A stretch of DNA of 64,000 bases from the NCBI GenBank assembly GCA_028285305.1, contig JANQPV010000037.1, positions 4,724 through 68,723 on the forward strand, written 5' to 3'. Made by a program: the position numbers and the translations under genes. Below, one piece after another: positions 9,588 to 19,299 of this stretch (position 1 is the first letter of the stretch; each line of letters begins with the position of its first letter). Origin of the DNA: Alphaproteobacteria bacterium (GTDB lineage Bacteria; Pseudomonadota; Alphaproteobacteria; SMXP01). The notes beneath the pieces were generated by a model. That model had not been told where the DNA came from, did no database searches, and was given only the letters and a program-made list of their open reading frames with translations.

Positions 9588-12539
9588 TTATTCCCCCACT
9601 GCCACATCGTCTGCGATGGGCGACTTGCCAAGAATGACCTCATCATAATGACTCATGATACGGTCGGCATGTCCGCGAATGAGCGGCTCAACGGAAGTGA
9701 ATTCGGCAACGCCCCCCGCTTTGGCCAAGAGATCGGCCAAACGATCACGAGGACGTTCTTGGGCTGGATTGACGCCCCCGGTAAAGCCCTGCACAGCCCG
9801 CAATTGAGACCAATACGTATAAGACTTAGCAAGATCTTCGCACGCTTCGTGGGTAATACAGCCGGTCCGGCGCAGCGCCGCGAGGGCTTCCGGGATATTG
9901 GGCAAAAGCACGTAAGGATGCTCCGACCCATGCTTAAGCTGGAGACACTGAACCACCAGATCGAGGTCTTTGTGCCCCCCTCTGATGCGCAAAACGTCCC
10001 AAACCGCATTCGCCTTGTCATGCCGCGCCTCGCGCTCGCGGGCTTGATCCGCGCTTTTGAGAAGCCAGTCGCCCTGCCTCGGCCGGGTCATTAGATCCGC
10101 CAACACGCCTTCGATGCGAGCTTGAAACTCTTCGCTTGCGTTTAGAACGCGGGCGCGCGCCAGAGCAAGCTGCTCCGTCGCACTCGCCTCACTCACATAA
10201 TAGTTTCTATACGCCCCAAGCCGCAAGGCGAACTGACCCGTGGTCCCGCCCGGTCGTGAGCGTGTATCCACTTCGAACAGCGGATATTCCCCAACGCCGG
10301 TCACGGACCGAGGTTCGGTCAGGTATTGAATGATGCGCGAGGCAAGTGTTGTGTACCGGGCGCCTGTATTCGCCGCCTTGGATTCACTGCCGTCCAAATC
10401 AAACAAGAAGACGATATCAAGAGGTTGGCTGATCGGAAGCGATCCGCCCCCGAAGTCGTTCATGGCGAGAACAACAAGTCCTCGCCCGCCTTCTTCTTCG
10501 GCAACTTTGAGATCGTCGTGCGCCAACTGGTGGGCAAGTGCCACAACCACTTCCGCGAGACGGCAATGGATCGTGCAGACCGCCGGCAGATCAAGAGATC
10601 CCGACAGCGTTGCAACGGCGAGACGGGTCCGATTTTCCCAAAGCCAATCGGAAACGGCGGCCAATATTTGCTCGGTTGTGCCGTGACGCCGCGGCGCAGG
10701 GTACTTTGCGAGCCAGCTCTCCGCATCTGCCGGAAACTCGGTTTCACCGGTAAACAACTCTGAAATGAGTTCCCGGCTCTCAACAAGAATTCGGCCAAAC
10801 TCCGGCGCATTGCCTAAGAGATCAACGACCGCCTCGCGAATTGCACCTTCGCCGCGCAGGAGCTCAAACGGATTGACGCCGTCCGGCATATTCGCGACCA
10901 GACGATCAAGAGACGCGATAGCCGCATCTGGGTCTTGAGTACGTCCGATATCGGTCAACAGCCCGGGCGCAATCGCAGACAGGCGCTTCTTGCTATCGCC
11001 TTCCTGATCCCCATATTGGCCCGTCACCCAGTGATCGATAGTTGTTGAAACGTCGCGCCCGTCCAAGAAACCGATATCTTCCAGCTTGGCAATGTCCGTC
11101 GCCGTGTCATCGGCCGTTTCCTGCGATTTCGAGTCCGTACCAAGAATATCGAACGCGCCCAGCGCTTGCGGCGAAATCACGTTGAGCCACTGCTGTTGCG
11201 CCTCTGCGATCGAACCTTCAAGCACTGTGCGCAACAAGTCGGGCTCGGAATAGGAGCTGAGCGCCGCATGCTGCAAACGCAAACTCTTTGGTACTTCCGC
11301 TCCTAGCGGCTGTCCCGAAACGAGTTGCAAGCGGTTACGAGACACAGCAAAGAAATCATTGTTTGAGGCCAAACGCTCCGCTGTCAGCTTGTCCATGGCG
11401 CCAACTTCGGCGGCGGCCATATAGATTGAGCGCGCCGTTCCGGAACGGAACCGCTCATCGCTTTGGCCAAGGGCAAGCCGGCATGTATCTGCCAGACGCT
11501 TGTGGGCGTCTTTGTCGAAATCGAGCGCACGGGTGGACGAAATCGCTTCTTGTTCGTTTTCTCTTCCGGTAACAGCCGTCCGGATTTCATCGCCGGTAAA
11601 GCCTTCCGCCCACAAGTGATCTTGCAAGTCTTCAAGGAACGCACCGCCGGCGTTACGGTCACCCGCAACCACGCGGGCCGTTGCAAACCACCCACGATCC
11701 TGGACTGCGTTAGCGTCATCCAAACCTTCTGAAATTTTGTTTGTGGACAAAGCTTGCAAAGCCATTTGTTTGTGTTTGAACGCCTCACCAATATCGCGGC
11801 TCACGATGTGAAGTTGGAAAATGGGTCCCTCTTGCCCGCCGATGCTGAGCGCATCGTCGAGTTCGGTGGCAATCCGTGTGTAGACCCGCTCATCGCCTTT
11901 GACGCTCGCGGCCGCCATCTTTTCTTCATCAAAGACGACGGCGATTTCCAGAGGACCGAAATAGGCCGGCTCATCGGCCGCAAATTCGCCGCCCGACAAA
12001 ACGAACATGCCAGGAATCGGCACAGGTGCGATTTCATCATCCGACGTGATATCGCCATGTCGATAGGCCAGACGCGTCAACCAGCCGAATGCCGCATCGA
12101 GCGTACGCTCCGCCAAATCGCTCAGTGAAGCCCCGACCTCATCGTGGGTCCATTTGCCGGAAATCTCCGCCAGTCCGATAGCAACCGTCGCCCGTTCTTT
12201 GAGCGGACGAATAGCGCGGGTCAGCGCATTCGTGGGTCCGGTCGCCCGGTCCAGAGCCCGCAAGTCCCGGGCCACTTCGGAAAGGATCTTGGACGGCTCC
12301 CCCGTTAGACTCTCAACCACCGCATCCGGATGGTTGAGGCAACAGTCCGCCAAATATTTTGTGTGAGCAAAGACCTGATAAAGCGTTTGACGGCAGTGCT
12401 CGTCCCCCATGATTTTCACCACGGCATCTGCCTGCAGCTTCGCCGCACGCCGACGCCACCGATCAAATCGTTCAATCGGATTACTGGGTTCTTCTTCAAT
12501 GATTTTCAAGTCCGCCGACATAGCCGCCCTCATGGTCAA
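9588..12539 (-). CDS. GlnE-like (glutamine synthetase adenylyltransferase/removase) homolog with degenerate catalytic motifs
   Basis: 983 aa, two-domain GlnE architecture (ARVVAGD, RNRLQL, LLGNAP, FEVDTRSRPGG, EQLALARARV, LQL). The GK...SDxD motif is missing in both domains. Confidence 0.8.
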   Translation of the reverse strand: MTMRAAMSADLKIIEEEPSNPIERFDRWRRRAAKLQADAVVKIMGDEHCRQTLYQVFAHTKYLADCCLNHPDAVVESLTGEPSKILSEVARDLRALDRATGPTNALTRAIRPLKERATVAIGLAEISGKWTHDEVGASLSDLAERTLDAAFGWLTRLAYRHGDITSDDEIAPVPIPGMFVLSGGEFAADEPAYFGPLEIAVVFDEEKMAAASVKGDERVYTRIATELDDALSIGGQEGPIFQLHIVSRDIGEAFKHKQMALQALSTNKISEGLDDANAVQDRGWFATARVVAGDRNAGGAFLEDLQDHLWAEGFTGDEIRTAVTGRENEQEAISSTRALDFDKDAHKRLADTCRLALGQSDERFRSGTARSIYMAAAEVGAMDKLTAERLASNNDFFAVSRNRLQLVSGQPLGAEVPKSLRLQHAALSSYSEPDLLRTVLEGSIAEAQQQWLNVISPQALGAFDILGTDSKSQETADDTATDIAKLEDIGFLDGRDVSTTIDHWVTGQYGDQEGDSKKRLSAIAPGLLTDIGRTQDPDAAIASLDRLVANMPDGVNPFELLRGEGAIREAVVDLLGNAPEFGRILVESRELISELFTGETEFPADAESWLAKYPAPRRHGTTEQILAAVSDWLWENRTRLAVATLSGSLDLPAVCTIHCRLAEVVVALAHQLAHDDLKVAEEEGGRGLVVLAMNDFGGGSLPISQPLDIVFLFDLDGSESKAANTGARYTTLASRIIQYLTEPRSVTGVGEYPLFEVDTRSRPGGTTGQFALRLGAYRNYYVSEASATEQLALARARVLNASEEFQARIEGVLADLMTRPRQGDWLLKSADQAREREARHDKANAVWDVLRIRGGHKDLDLVVQCLQLKHGSEHPYVLLPNIPEALAALRRTGCITHEACEDLAKSYTYWSQLRAVQGFTGGVNPAQERPRDRLADLLAKAGGVAEFTSVEPLIRGHADRIMSHYDEVILGKSPIADDVAVGE

Positions 12540-12551
12540 ATAGAGATCGCG

Positions 12552-12583
12552 AGTATGGCTAAGCGGCGTTAAGGAATGCTTGA
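12552..12583 (-). promoter_or_regulatory. Putative CtrA-type promoter of the GlnE-like gene
   Basis: Minus strand TCAA-GCATTCC-TTAAC (12583-12568), followed 10 nt later by a -10-like CATACT (12557-12552). Confidence 0.45.
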
Positions 12584-12821
12584 AGTGCCGCGAAAAAGCT
12601 CTGGTTTCCCACAGACGGAAAGGTTTTGTTCATGAACCGATTCCGCCCGTCCCGAAACGCTGCGAACTGATCCCCAAGGCACTCCTTGCCATGTTGGACC
12701 GATACAATCTGATGGAAATCACACCTAGCAAAAATGGCTTCGAACCCAGGTTACGACCACCTTTTTGATTGAGTCTGCCCATGGTATGCACGATCACGGC
12801 GCAAGCGGGATAAGGGGCTCC

Positions 12822-14312
12822 ATGCAAAATCTCCAGATGTTTCTGACCCAGCTCTGGAAACGCCGAGTTGTGCAATTCGGCGCTCTTTATCTCGGCGCCG
12901 CGTGGTTGCTCATTCAGGTCGTGGTCTTGATCGAAGACACAATGAAACTCCCCGATTGGATGGACCAGATCACGCTCGTCTTTTTGGCTGTTGGCTTCCC
13001 CCTAGCCCTGATCCTCGCCTGGGCGCAGGAGACAAAAGCTCCGATGCAGGCGATCGCTGACCCCAAAGCAAGCTTCGCCCGCCAGGAAAAGAACGCGTCC
13101 ATTGCGGTGCTCCCCTTTCGAAGCCTGTCCTCAAATGCAGAGCACAGTTTTCTCGCCCAAGGCCTTGCCGAAGACATTTCTTCGGCGTTGTCCCAACTGC
13201 CCCAATTGTTTGTCGTGGCGCACAGCTCGGCTCGAAATTTCGAAGGCAAAACACAAGACATTCGAACCGTGGGAGAAACCTTAGGCGCTGCCTACGTCGT
13301 AGAGGGCAGTATACGGCGTATTGAAAACCAACTGAGGATTTCGGTAAACCTTTGCAACACTTGGACCGCCGAGCAGATATGGTCAAAGCGGTACGACCAC
13401 GAAATCGAAGACTTTTTTGCCGTCCAAGACGATATCATTGCGGACGTGACCGGAACGCTCACCAAGGAAGTCCTGCATACGGAGTTTCGGCGGGTGAAGA
13501 TCGAACATCCCAATAGCCTTAAAGCCTATGAGTATTGGTGCAGAGGCAGCGAAGGCCTGGACCATCTGGACGGCAAAAATGCCTCCGAACAGGTAAACTG
13601 GTTCCGCAAAGCAGTGGAATTGGATCCCAATTACGCACATGGCCACGCTTTCCTTGCGATGGGTCTATTTTTCAATGTCGCTTATCTTTACAGCCGTGAT
13701 CCGCTCAAGGACCTTTACGAAGCAGAAAAGCATGCGGAAATCGCGATGAAGCTTGATCCAAAGGACCCTGTGGTCTTGGGTCTTGCTGCGTCGTTGGCCA
13801 ATCTAAAAGGGGATTTACAGGATGCGGAGGAATTCGCACGCAAAGCCGTCGAAAAGAGCCAGAGCTGGAGCATGGGACACGCAACCCTAGGCTATGCGCT
13901 TTCTCACGGGCCTGACACCAGCGAAGGAATCGACGAACTCATCCGCGCCATCGAACACGAGCCCGATGGCGCCGGCCGGCCCCTGTGGAGCCTTAACCTT
14001 GGCGAAGCCTATCTCCTTGCCGGGGAGGCCGAGAAAGCAGAAACAGTCATCAAAGATGCGATCGACAGCGGGTTGCACGCACGCTGGGGCGCCTGGGTAT
14101 TTCTCGCCCTCGCAAAAGAAAGTCTGGGCAAACATGAACATGCGGACCAAGCGTTTGCTACGGCCCGGTCCCACGCTCCCGCTTGGACGCTAGACGCCTG
14201 TTTCGACCTACTCAACCCATCAAAGACGAGTCCAGGCTATGAGAATCTCAAGGATCTCATGAGCACGCTCTGGAATCGATGCGAGACCGCGTCCAACGAG
14301 GCGACCGCGTGA
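12822..14312 (+). CDS. Membrane-anchored TolB-like/TPR protein (adenylate-cyclase-associated type, no catalytic domain)
   Basis: Two N-terminal TM helices (RRVVQFGALYL...LPDW...GFPLALILAW), then SIAVLPF...YVVEGSIRR...IWSKRYD, then TPRs (AVELDPNYA, AMKLDP). RBS AAGGGG before ATG 12822. Confidence 0.8.
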   Translation: MQNLQMFLTQLWKRRVVQFGALYLGAAWLLIQVVVLIEDTMKLPDWMDQITLVFLAVGFPLALILAWAQETKAPMQAIADPKASFARQEKNASIAVLPFRSLSSNAEHSFLAQGLAEDISSALSQLPQLFVVAHSSARNFEGKTQDIRTVGETLGAAYVVEGSIRRIENQLRISVNLCNTWTAEQIWSKRYDHEIEDFFAVQDDIIADVTGTLTKEVLHTEFRRVKIEHPNSLKAYEYWCRGSEGLDHLDGKNASEQVNWFRKAVELDPNYAHGHAFLAMGLFFNVAYLYSRDPLKDLYEAEKHAEIAMKLDPKDPVVLGLAASLANLKGDLQDAEEFARKAVEKSQSWSMGHATLGYALSHGPDTSEGIDELIRAIEHEPDGAGRPLWSLNLGEAYLLAGEAEKAETVIKDAIDSGLHARWGAWVFLALAKESLGKHEHADQAFATARSHAPAWTLDACFDLLNPSKTSPGYENLKDLMSTLWNRCETASNEATA

Positions 14313-15454
14313 CCTCAGCCGATCGGGACCGCAACCATCTCCCCACCGTCCTCTCCCTTGGCTATTGCACGGCAGCGGCTGTTTTGTTGATCAATCTCCA
14401 ACCCATTTTTGTGGGCGCCGCGGCCGAAGAGTTCGGCTTCAATGAGGTGCAGTTAGGATCCATCCTTGCCGGCACCCTCATCGCCTCGTTTTTGGTGTTC
14501 ACAACATCTCTCCTCTGGGTCAACAGGATCCCTCTCCGTGTTTTGATCGGAGGGGGAGCGCTTGTCGGCATAGCAGCACTATTCGGCGTCACCTTCGCCA
14601 CGGGGTATTATTCCGTCATCCTCCCAATGATCGTTTACGCCATCGGTATGGGGATGCTGTACGTACCATCCCTTGTCGCCCTCGGCAGACAGCCGGACCC
14701 GACGCGGGCTTTCGGCGTTTCAATCACGTGCACGGTTATACTCGCCGCCTTGTTCGCATTCGTGATTCCGGCTTGGATCGAACCCCGGTTTGGATTTGAC
14801 GGCACGGTGGGAATGATCTTGGGAGCAACCGTTTTGGTCTTCCTCGTCTTACCAAACCTGCAGAGCGGCTCCCTCGCCCCGCAAGACGAGCCCTCAGAAC
14901 CTGAAGGCGGGGTCCCATTTTCAGCCTATCTGAGTCTGGTGGGTGCAGGCATCTATCACATCGGCATCTTGGGCATCTGGGCCTTCCTTGAGCGGATCGG
15001 TTCGGACGCCGGTATTTCGGGGGAGCAGATTGGCGCCGGTTTTGCTCTTGCCCTCGTCTGCGGCTCTATGGGGTCTTTGACAGCGGCCGCTGTCAGCACA
15101 CGCCTCCGCGTACCAAGCGCATTGGTGATCAGTACTTGTCTCGCCGCCGCATCCATTGCTCTGATGCGAACAGATCTCACGCCTATCACCTTCGGCCTGG
15201 TGCTGATCCTGTTCAACGTCGCGTGGAACTTCACCCTGCCCTTTATGTATGAGGTCATCGGAAAGTCGGATCCTTCCGGCCGTGGATTGGCCCTCGCCCC
15301 GGCCGCCATGACGCTAGGCTCCGCACTCGGCCCCCTCTCCGCCGGCTTTCTCCTGTCGGCAAGCGGCGTGGACGCCTATCAACTGCAATTCGTGGTGATG
15401 CTGGCTCTGGCCTATGGGGCGATCTTGGTCGTCGAGCGGCGAGTGAGAGGATAA
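14309..15454 (+). CDS. MFS transporter
   Basis: About 12 hydrophobic segments; IWAFLERIG motif; GTG start overlaps the upstream stop (GTGA). Confidence 0.85.
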   Translation: MTSADRDRNHLPTVLSLGYCTAAAVLLINLQPIFVGAAAEEFGFNEVQLGSILAGTLIASFLVFTTSLLWVNRIPLRVLIGGGALVGIAALFGVTFATGYYSVILPMIVYAIGMGMLYVPSLVALGRQPDPTRAFGVSITCTVILAALFAFVIPAWIEPRFGFDGTVGMILGATVLVFLVLPNLQSGSLAPQDEPSEPEGGVPFSAYLSLVGAGIYHIGILGIWAFLERIGSDAGISGEQIGAGFALALVCGSMGSLTAAAVSTRLRVPSALVISTCLAAASIALMRTDLTPITFGLVLILFNVAWNFTLPFMYEVIGKSDPSGRGLALAPAAMTLGSALGPLSAGFLLSASGVDAYQLQFVVMLALAYGAILVVERRVRG

Positions 15455-15455
15455 A

Positions 15456-16847
15456 TCACGCCTTATCCACCACCTTCCCCGGGTTCATGATCCCCTTGGG
15501 ATCTAGCGCGGCTTTGATCGACTTCATCATCGGAAGTGCGGACGCATGTTCTTTCGCCAGCCAGGCCATCTTTCCATAGCCCACTCCGTGCTCGCCGGTG
15601 CAGGTGCCGCCCATGTTCAGCGCCCGCTCGACTGTGCGTTCATTAAACGCTTCCGCTTCCTTCAGCGCTTCTCGATCCTCAGGATCAACCAAGACGATGA
15701 CATGAAAATTGCCGTCCCCTACATGACCGACGATGGGAGCGATGAGCCCGGAGGCCGTGATATCTTTCTTGGTTTCTTCAACACAGGTTGCCAATCGAGA
15801 AATCGGCACACAGACATCTGTCGTCAGTCCCTGAGCGCCCGGCCTGAGATTAAGGCCGGCATAATAGGCATTGTGCCGCGCGGCCCAAAGCCGGTTGCGG
15901 TCTTCTGGCTTGGTCGCCCAGTCAAGATCCCGCGCACCGAACTCCCGAGCCAACTCTCCGAACCGATTTGCATCTCGCTCAACGGTTTCATTCGTACCAT
16001 GGAACTCCAGAAAAAGGGTCGGCAGCTCTTCGAGTGTTAAGTCCGAATACTGATTACAAGCCTTCACTTGTAACTCGTCCAGAAACTCGATCCGGGCAAC
16101 TTGCAGGCCCGACTGAATGGTCGCGATGACCGCATTCACCGCGTCGGCCACTGTCTCAAAGGCACAGACCGCTGCCGAGGTTTGCTCCGGGATGCCATAA
16201 AGCCGAAGGGTTAGCCGGGTGATCATGCCGAGCGTGCCTTCGGACCCCACAAACAGTCGGGTCAGATCATAGCCGGCCGACGACTTCCTCGCACGCCCAC
16301 CGGTCTCGATGATGTCGCCTTGAGGTGTCACAACGGTCAGGGCCAGCACGTTTTCCCGCATGGCCCCATAGCGCACGGTCGTCGTGCCCGACGCGCCTGT
16401 CGCACACATGCCGCCAAGGGTCGCGTCCGCGCCGGGGTCCACCGGAAAGAATAGGCCCGTGTCACGCAGATAAGTATTCAACTGTTTGCGGGTGACACCC
16501 GGCTCAACCATACAGAGCAAGTCTTCCCGCCGCACCTCGAGCACCCGGTTCATGCGGGACAGATCGATGGAGACGCCCCCTTTTAGGGCCGCCACATGCC
16601 CCTCTAGGGAAGTTCCCACACCGAAAGGGATCATAGGTACTGCGTATTGGTGGCAAATCTTGGCGATTTCCGCCACTTCCTCGGTCGTTTGGGGATAGAC
16701 GACCATGTCTGGCAATGCCGGTTCGTGAAACGACTCGTCGCGGCCATGGGCTTCCCGATCAGCTCGAGCGGTGGTCAAACGCTTAGAAAAGATGGATTTG
16801 AGGGCTTCTTCCGCCAAAGCCAATTGAGACCCGGTCCTGTCCGTCAT
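15456..16847 (-). CDS. FAD-linked oxidase, GlcD/D-lactate dehydrogenase (cytochrome) family
   Basis: Motifs PFGVGTSLEGH, DPGADATLGG, KSSAGYDL, GSEGTLG, GHVGDGNFH, GEHGVG, MNPGK. Confidence 0.93.
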   Translation of the reverse strand: MTDRTGSQLALAEEALKSIFSKRLTTARADREAHGRDESFHEPALPDMVVYPQTTEEVAEIAKICHQYAVPMIPFGVGTSLEGHVAALKGGVSIDLSRMNRVLEVRREDLLCMVEPGVTRKQLNTYLRDTGLFFPVDPGADATLGGMCATGASGTTTVRYGAMRENVLALTVVTPQGDIIETGGRARKSSAGYDLTRLFVGSEGTLGMITRLTLRLYGIPEQTSAAVCAFETVADAVNAVIATIQSGLQVARIEFLDELQVKACNQYSDLTLEELPTLFLEFHGTNETVERDANRFGELAREFGARDLDWATKPEDRNRLWAARHNAYYAGLNLRPGAQGLTTDVCVPISRLATCVEETKKDITASGLIAPIVGHVGDGNFHVIVLVDPEDREALKEAEAFNERTVERALNMGGTCTGEHGVGYGKMAWLAKEHASALPMMKSIKAALDPKGIMNPGKVVDKA

Positions 16848-16949
16848 ATCTGTGAGATGCTATCGTCTTTCTAGGGGCCGCCTATAGCGGATTTCGGCGG
16901 CCATGATACGATGGTTTGTTGAGAATCACTAACATATCGGTTTGCGTTG

Positions 16950-19289
16950 ATGTCCATATCGGACGAAAATTTGGCGATTGCCCCTCAAGCTGGGTCCATT
17001 TCAGAGCGCGCCCGTGCTGCGGCGGCACCCGGCTACCTCCAGGCCCTCAATCCGGAACAGCGCAAAGCCGTCGAGGCCGTGGAAGGTCCTGTGCTCGTGC
17101 TGGCCGGCGCCGGGACCGGAAAGACCCGTGTCCTCACCACGCGGCTCGCCTATTTGCTTCAGACAGGTGCCGCCTGGCCCAATCAAGTACTCGCCGTCAC
17201 CTTCACCAACAAGGCCGCGCGGGAGATGAAAGACCGGATCGGGCAACTCATCGGCAACGCCGTCGAAGGCATGCAATGGCTCGGCACATTCCATTCCATC
17301 AGCGCCAAAATTTTGCGCCGCCATGCAGAACTTGTGGATCTGAAACCCAACTTCACGATCCTTGATACGGACGATCAAATCCGGCTCATCAAACAACTCA
17401 TCGAAGCGGCCAACATCGACGAAAAACGCTGGAACGCCCGCGTGCTCGCCTCCGCCATTGATGGCTGGAAGAACAGAGGCCTGACGCCCGATAAAGTCCC
17501 CGCCAGCGAAGCTGGATCCTTTGCCAACGGCAAGGGAAAAGCACTTTACAAAGAATATCAGGAGCGCCTTAAAACGCTCAACGCGGCCGACTTTGGTGAC
17601 CTTCTTCTCCACTGCATCACGATCTTTCAAAACCACCAAGATGTGCTGTCCGATTTCCAGCGGCGCTTCAAATACATGATGGTCGATGAATATCAAGACA
17701 CGAATGTTGCTCAGTATCTGTGGCTGCGCCTGCTGGCGAAAGAACACAAGAACATTTGCTGTGTCGGCGATGATGACCAATCCATCTATGGCTGGCGCGG
17801 CGCCGAGGTGGACAATATCCTGAAGTTTGAGAAAGACTTTCCCGGCGCACAAGTCATCCGGCTGGAGCAGAATTATCGCTCAACCCCTCATATCTTGGCG
17901 GCGGCCTCGGGCCTCATCACAGCCAACGAAAATCGTCTTGGGAAAACCCTTTGGACGGACCGGAACGACGGAGAGAAAGTCAGTGTACGGGGCGTTTGGG
18001 ATGACGAAGAAGAAGCCCGCGCCGTGTGTGACGATGTGGAAGCCTATCAGCGTACCGGCCGCAGTCTGAATGACATCGCGGTCCTCGTCCGCGCCAGCTT
18101 TCAAATGCGCTCTTTTGAGGACAGGCTGGTTAATCTCGGCATCAACTACCGGGTGGTCGGCGGGCCCCGCTTTTACGAGCGGGCCGAAATCCGCGATGCC
18201 CTCGCCTATTTCCGCGTGGTGGTCCAGCCGGACGACGATTTGGCCTTCGAGCGTATCATCAACAAACCCAAACGAGGTCTCGGGAAAGCTGCGGTTCAAG
18301 CCCTTCACAACGCAGCCCGGGCAGGCAGAATGTCGCTGATGCGGGCCGCCCGTCAGCTCGTTGAAACCGATGAAATTCCGAGAGCGCGCAAGTCCCTGAT
18401 CGGTTTGCTGGCCTCAATCGACCGATGGGCCTCGCAGATCGATTCCCTGCCACACACGGATCTGGCGGAAATTATCTTGGAAGAGTCCGGCTACATCGAA
18501 ATGTGGCAAAAAGACAAATCCGCCGATGCACCCGGCCGTTTGGAGAATCTAAAGGAACTGATCCACTCCATGGAAGAGTTCGAGAACTTTGCTGGTTTTT
18601 TGGAACACATTTCCCTCGTCATGGAGAATGAACAAGCTGACGACGGCGATAAACTCAGCTTGATGACGTTGCATAGTGCCAAAGGTCTTGAGTTCCCCAT
18701 CGTCTTCTTGCCCGGTTGGGAAGAGGGCCTCTTCCCACACCAGCGCTCCTTGGATGAGAGCGGCATCAAGGGGCTGGAAGAAGAACGGCGCCTCGCTTAT
18801 GTCGGTATCACCCGTGCTAAAGAGATTGCCAAGATATCGTTTGCCGCCAACCGGCGCATGTTTAATCAGTGGTCGAACGCATTGCCGTCCCGCTTTGTTG
18901 ATGAAATCCCGGAAGAGCATGTGGAGGTTGAAGCGGCCTCCGGCCTGTACGGCAATTCGTCCATGGGCCCAACCTACGATAGGCTGGACGGACCGGTCAC
19001 GGGTCACTTTGAAGAGCGCGGTGCGCCTTTCGGCAGCGGCTACAACAGCCCGGGCTGGGCGCGCGCCCAGGCGTCCAAACATCGCAATCCGCCGCCCATC
19101 ATCGATGAGCGCGCCGAATTGGTCGCCACGGAGGATCCAAACGCCTCAGATTTTGCAGTAGGCGACCGCATTTTTCATCAGAAGTTTGGCTATGGACGCG
19201 TCGCCCTTGTCGACGGCAACAAGCTGACGGTCGATTTTGAGAAGGCGGACCGCAAGAAAGTCATCGCGTCCTTCGTTGAGCGCGCTTGA
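16950..19289 (+). CDS. uvrD: UvrD/PcrA ATP-dependent DNA helicase
   Basis: Motifs AGAGTGKT, TFTNKAA, DEYQD, GDDDQSIY, QNYRS, TLHSAKGLEF, EERRLAYVGITRA. Confidence 0.97.
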   Translation: MSISDENLAIAPQAGSISERARAAAAPGYLQALNPEQRKAVEAVEGPVLVLAGAGTGKTRVLTTRLAYLLQTGAAWPNQVLAVTFTNKAAREMKDRIGQLIGNAVEGMQWLGTFHSISAKILRRHAELVDLKPNFTILDTDDQIRLIKQLIEAANIDEKRWNARVLASAIDGWKNRGLTPDKVPASEAGSFANGKGKALYKEYQERLKTLNAADFGDLLLHCITIFQNHQDVLSDFQRRFKYMMVDEYQDTNVAQYLWLRLLAKEHKNICCVGDDDQSIYGWRGAEVDNILKFEKDFPGAQVIRLEQNYRSTPHILAAASGLITANENRLGKTLWTDRNDGEKVSVRGVWDDEEEARAVCDDVEAYQRTGRSLNDIAVLVRASFQMRSFEDRLVNLGINYRVVGGPRFYERAEIRDALAYFRVVVQPDDDLAFERIINKPKRGLGKAAVQALHNAARAGRMSLMRAARQLVETDEIPRARKSLIGLLASIDRWASQIDSLPHTDLAEIILEESGYIEMWQKDKSADAPGRLENLKELIHSMEEFENFAGFLEHISLVMENEQADDGDKLSLMTLHSAKGLEFPIVFLPGWEEGLFPHQRSLDESGIKGLEEERRLAYVGITRAKEIAKISFAANRRMFNQWSNALPSRFVDEIPEEHVEVEAASGLYGNSSMGPTYDRLDGPVTGHFEERGAPFGSGYNSPGWARAQASKHRNPPPIIDERAELVATEDPNASDFAVGDRIFHQKFGYGRVALVDGNKLTVDFEKADRKKVIASFVERA

Positions 19290-19299
19290 ACCTCCCCAT

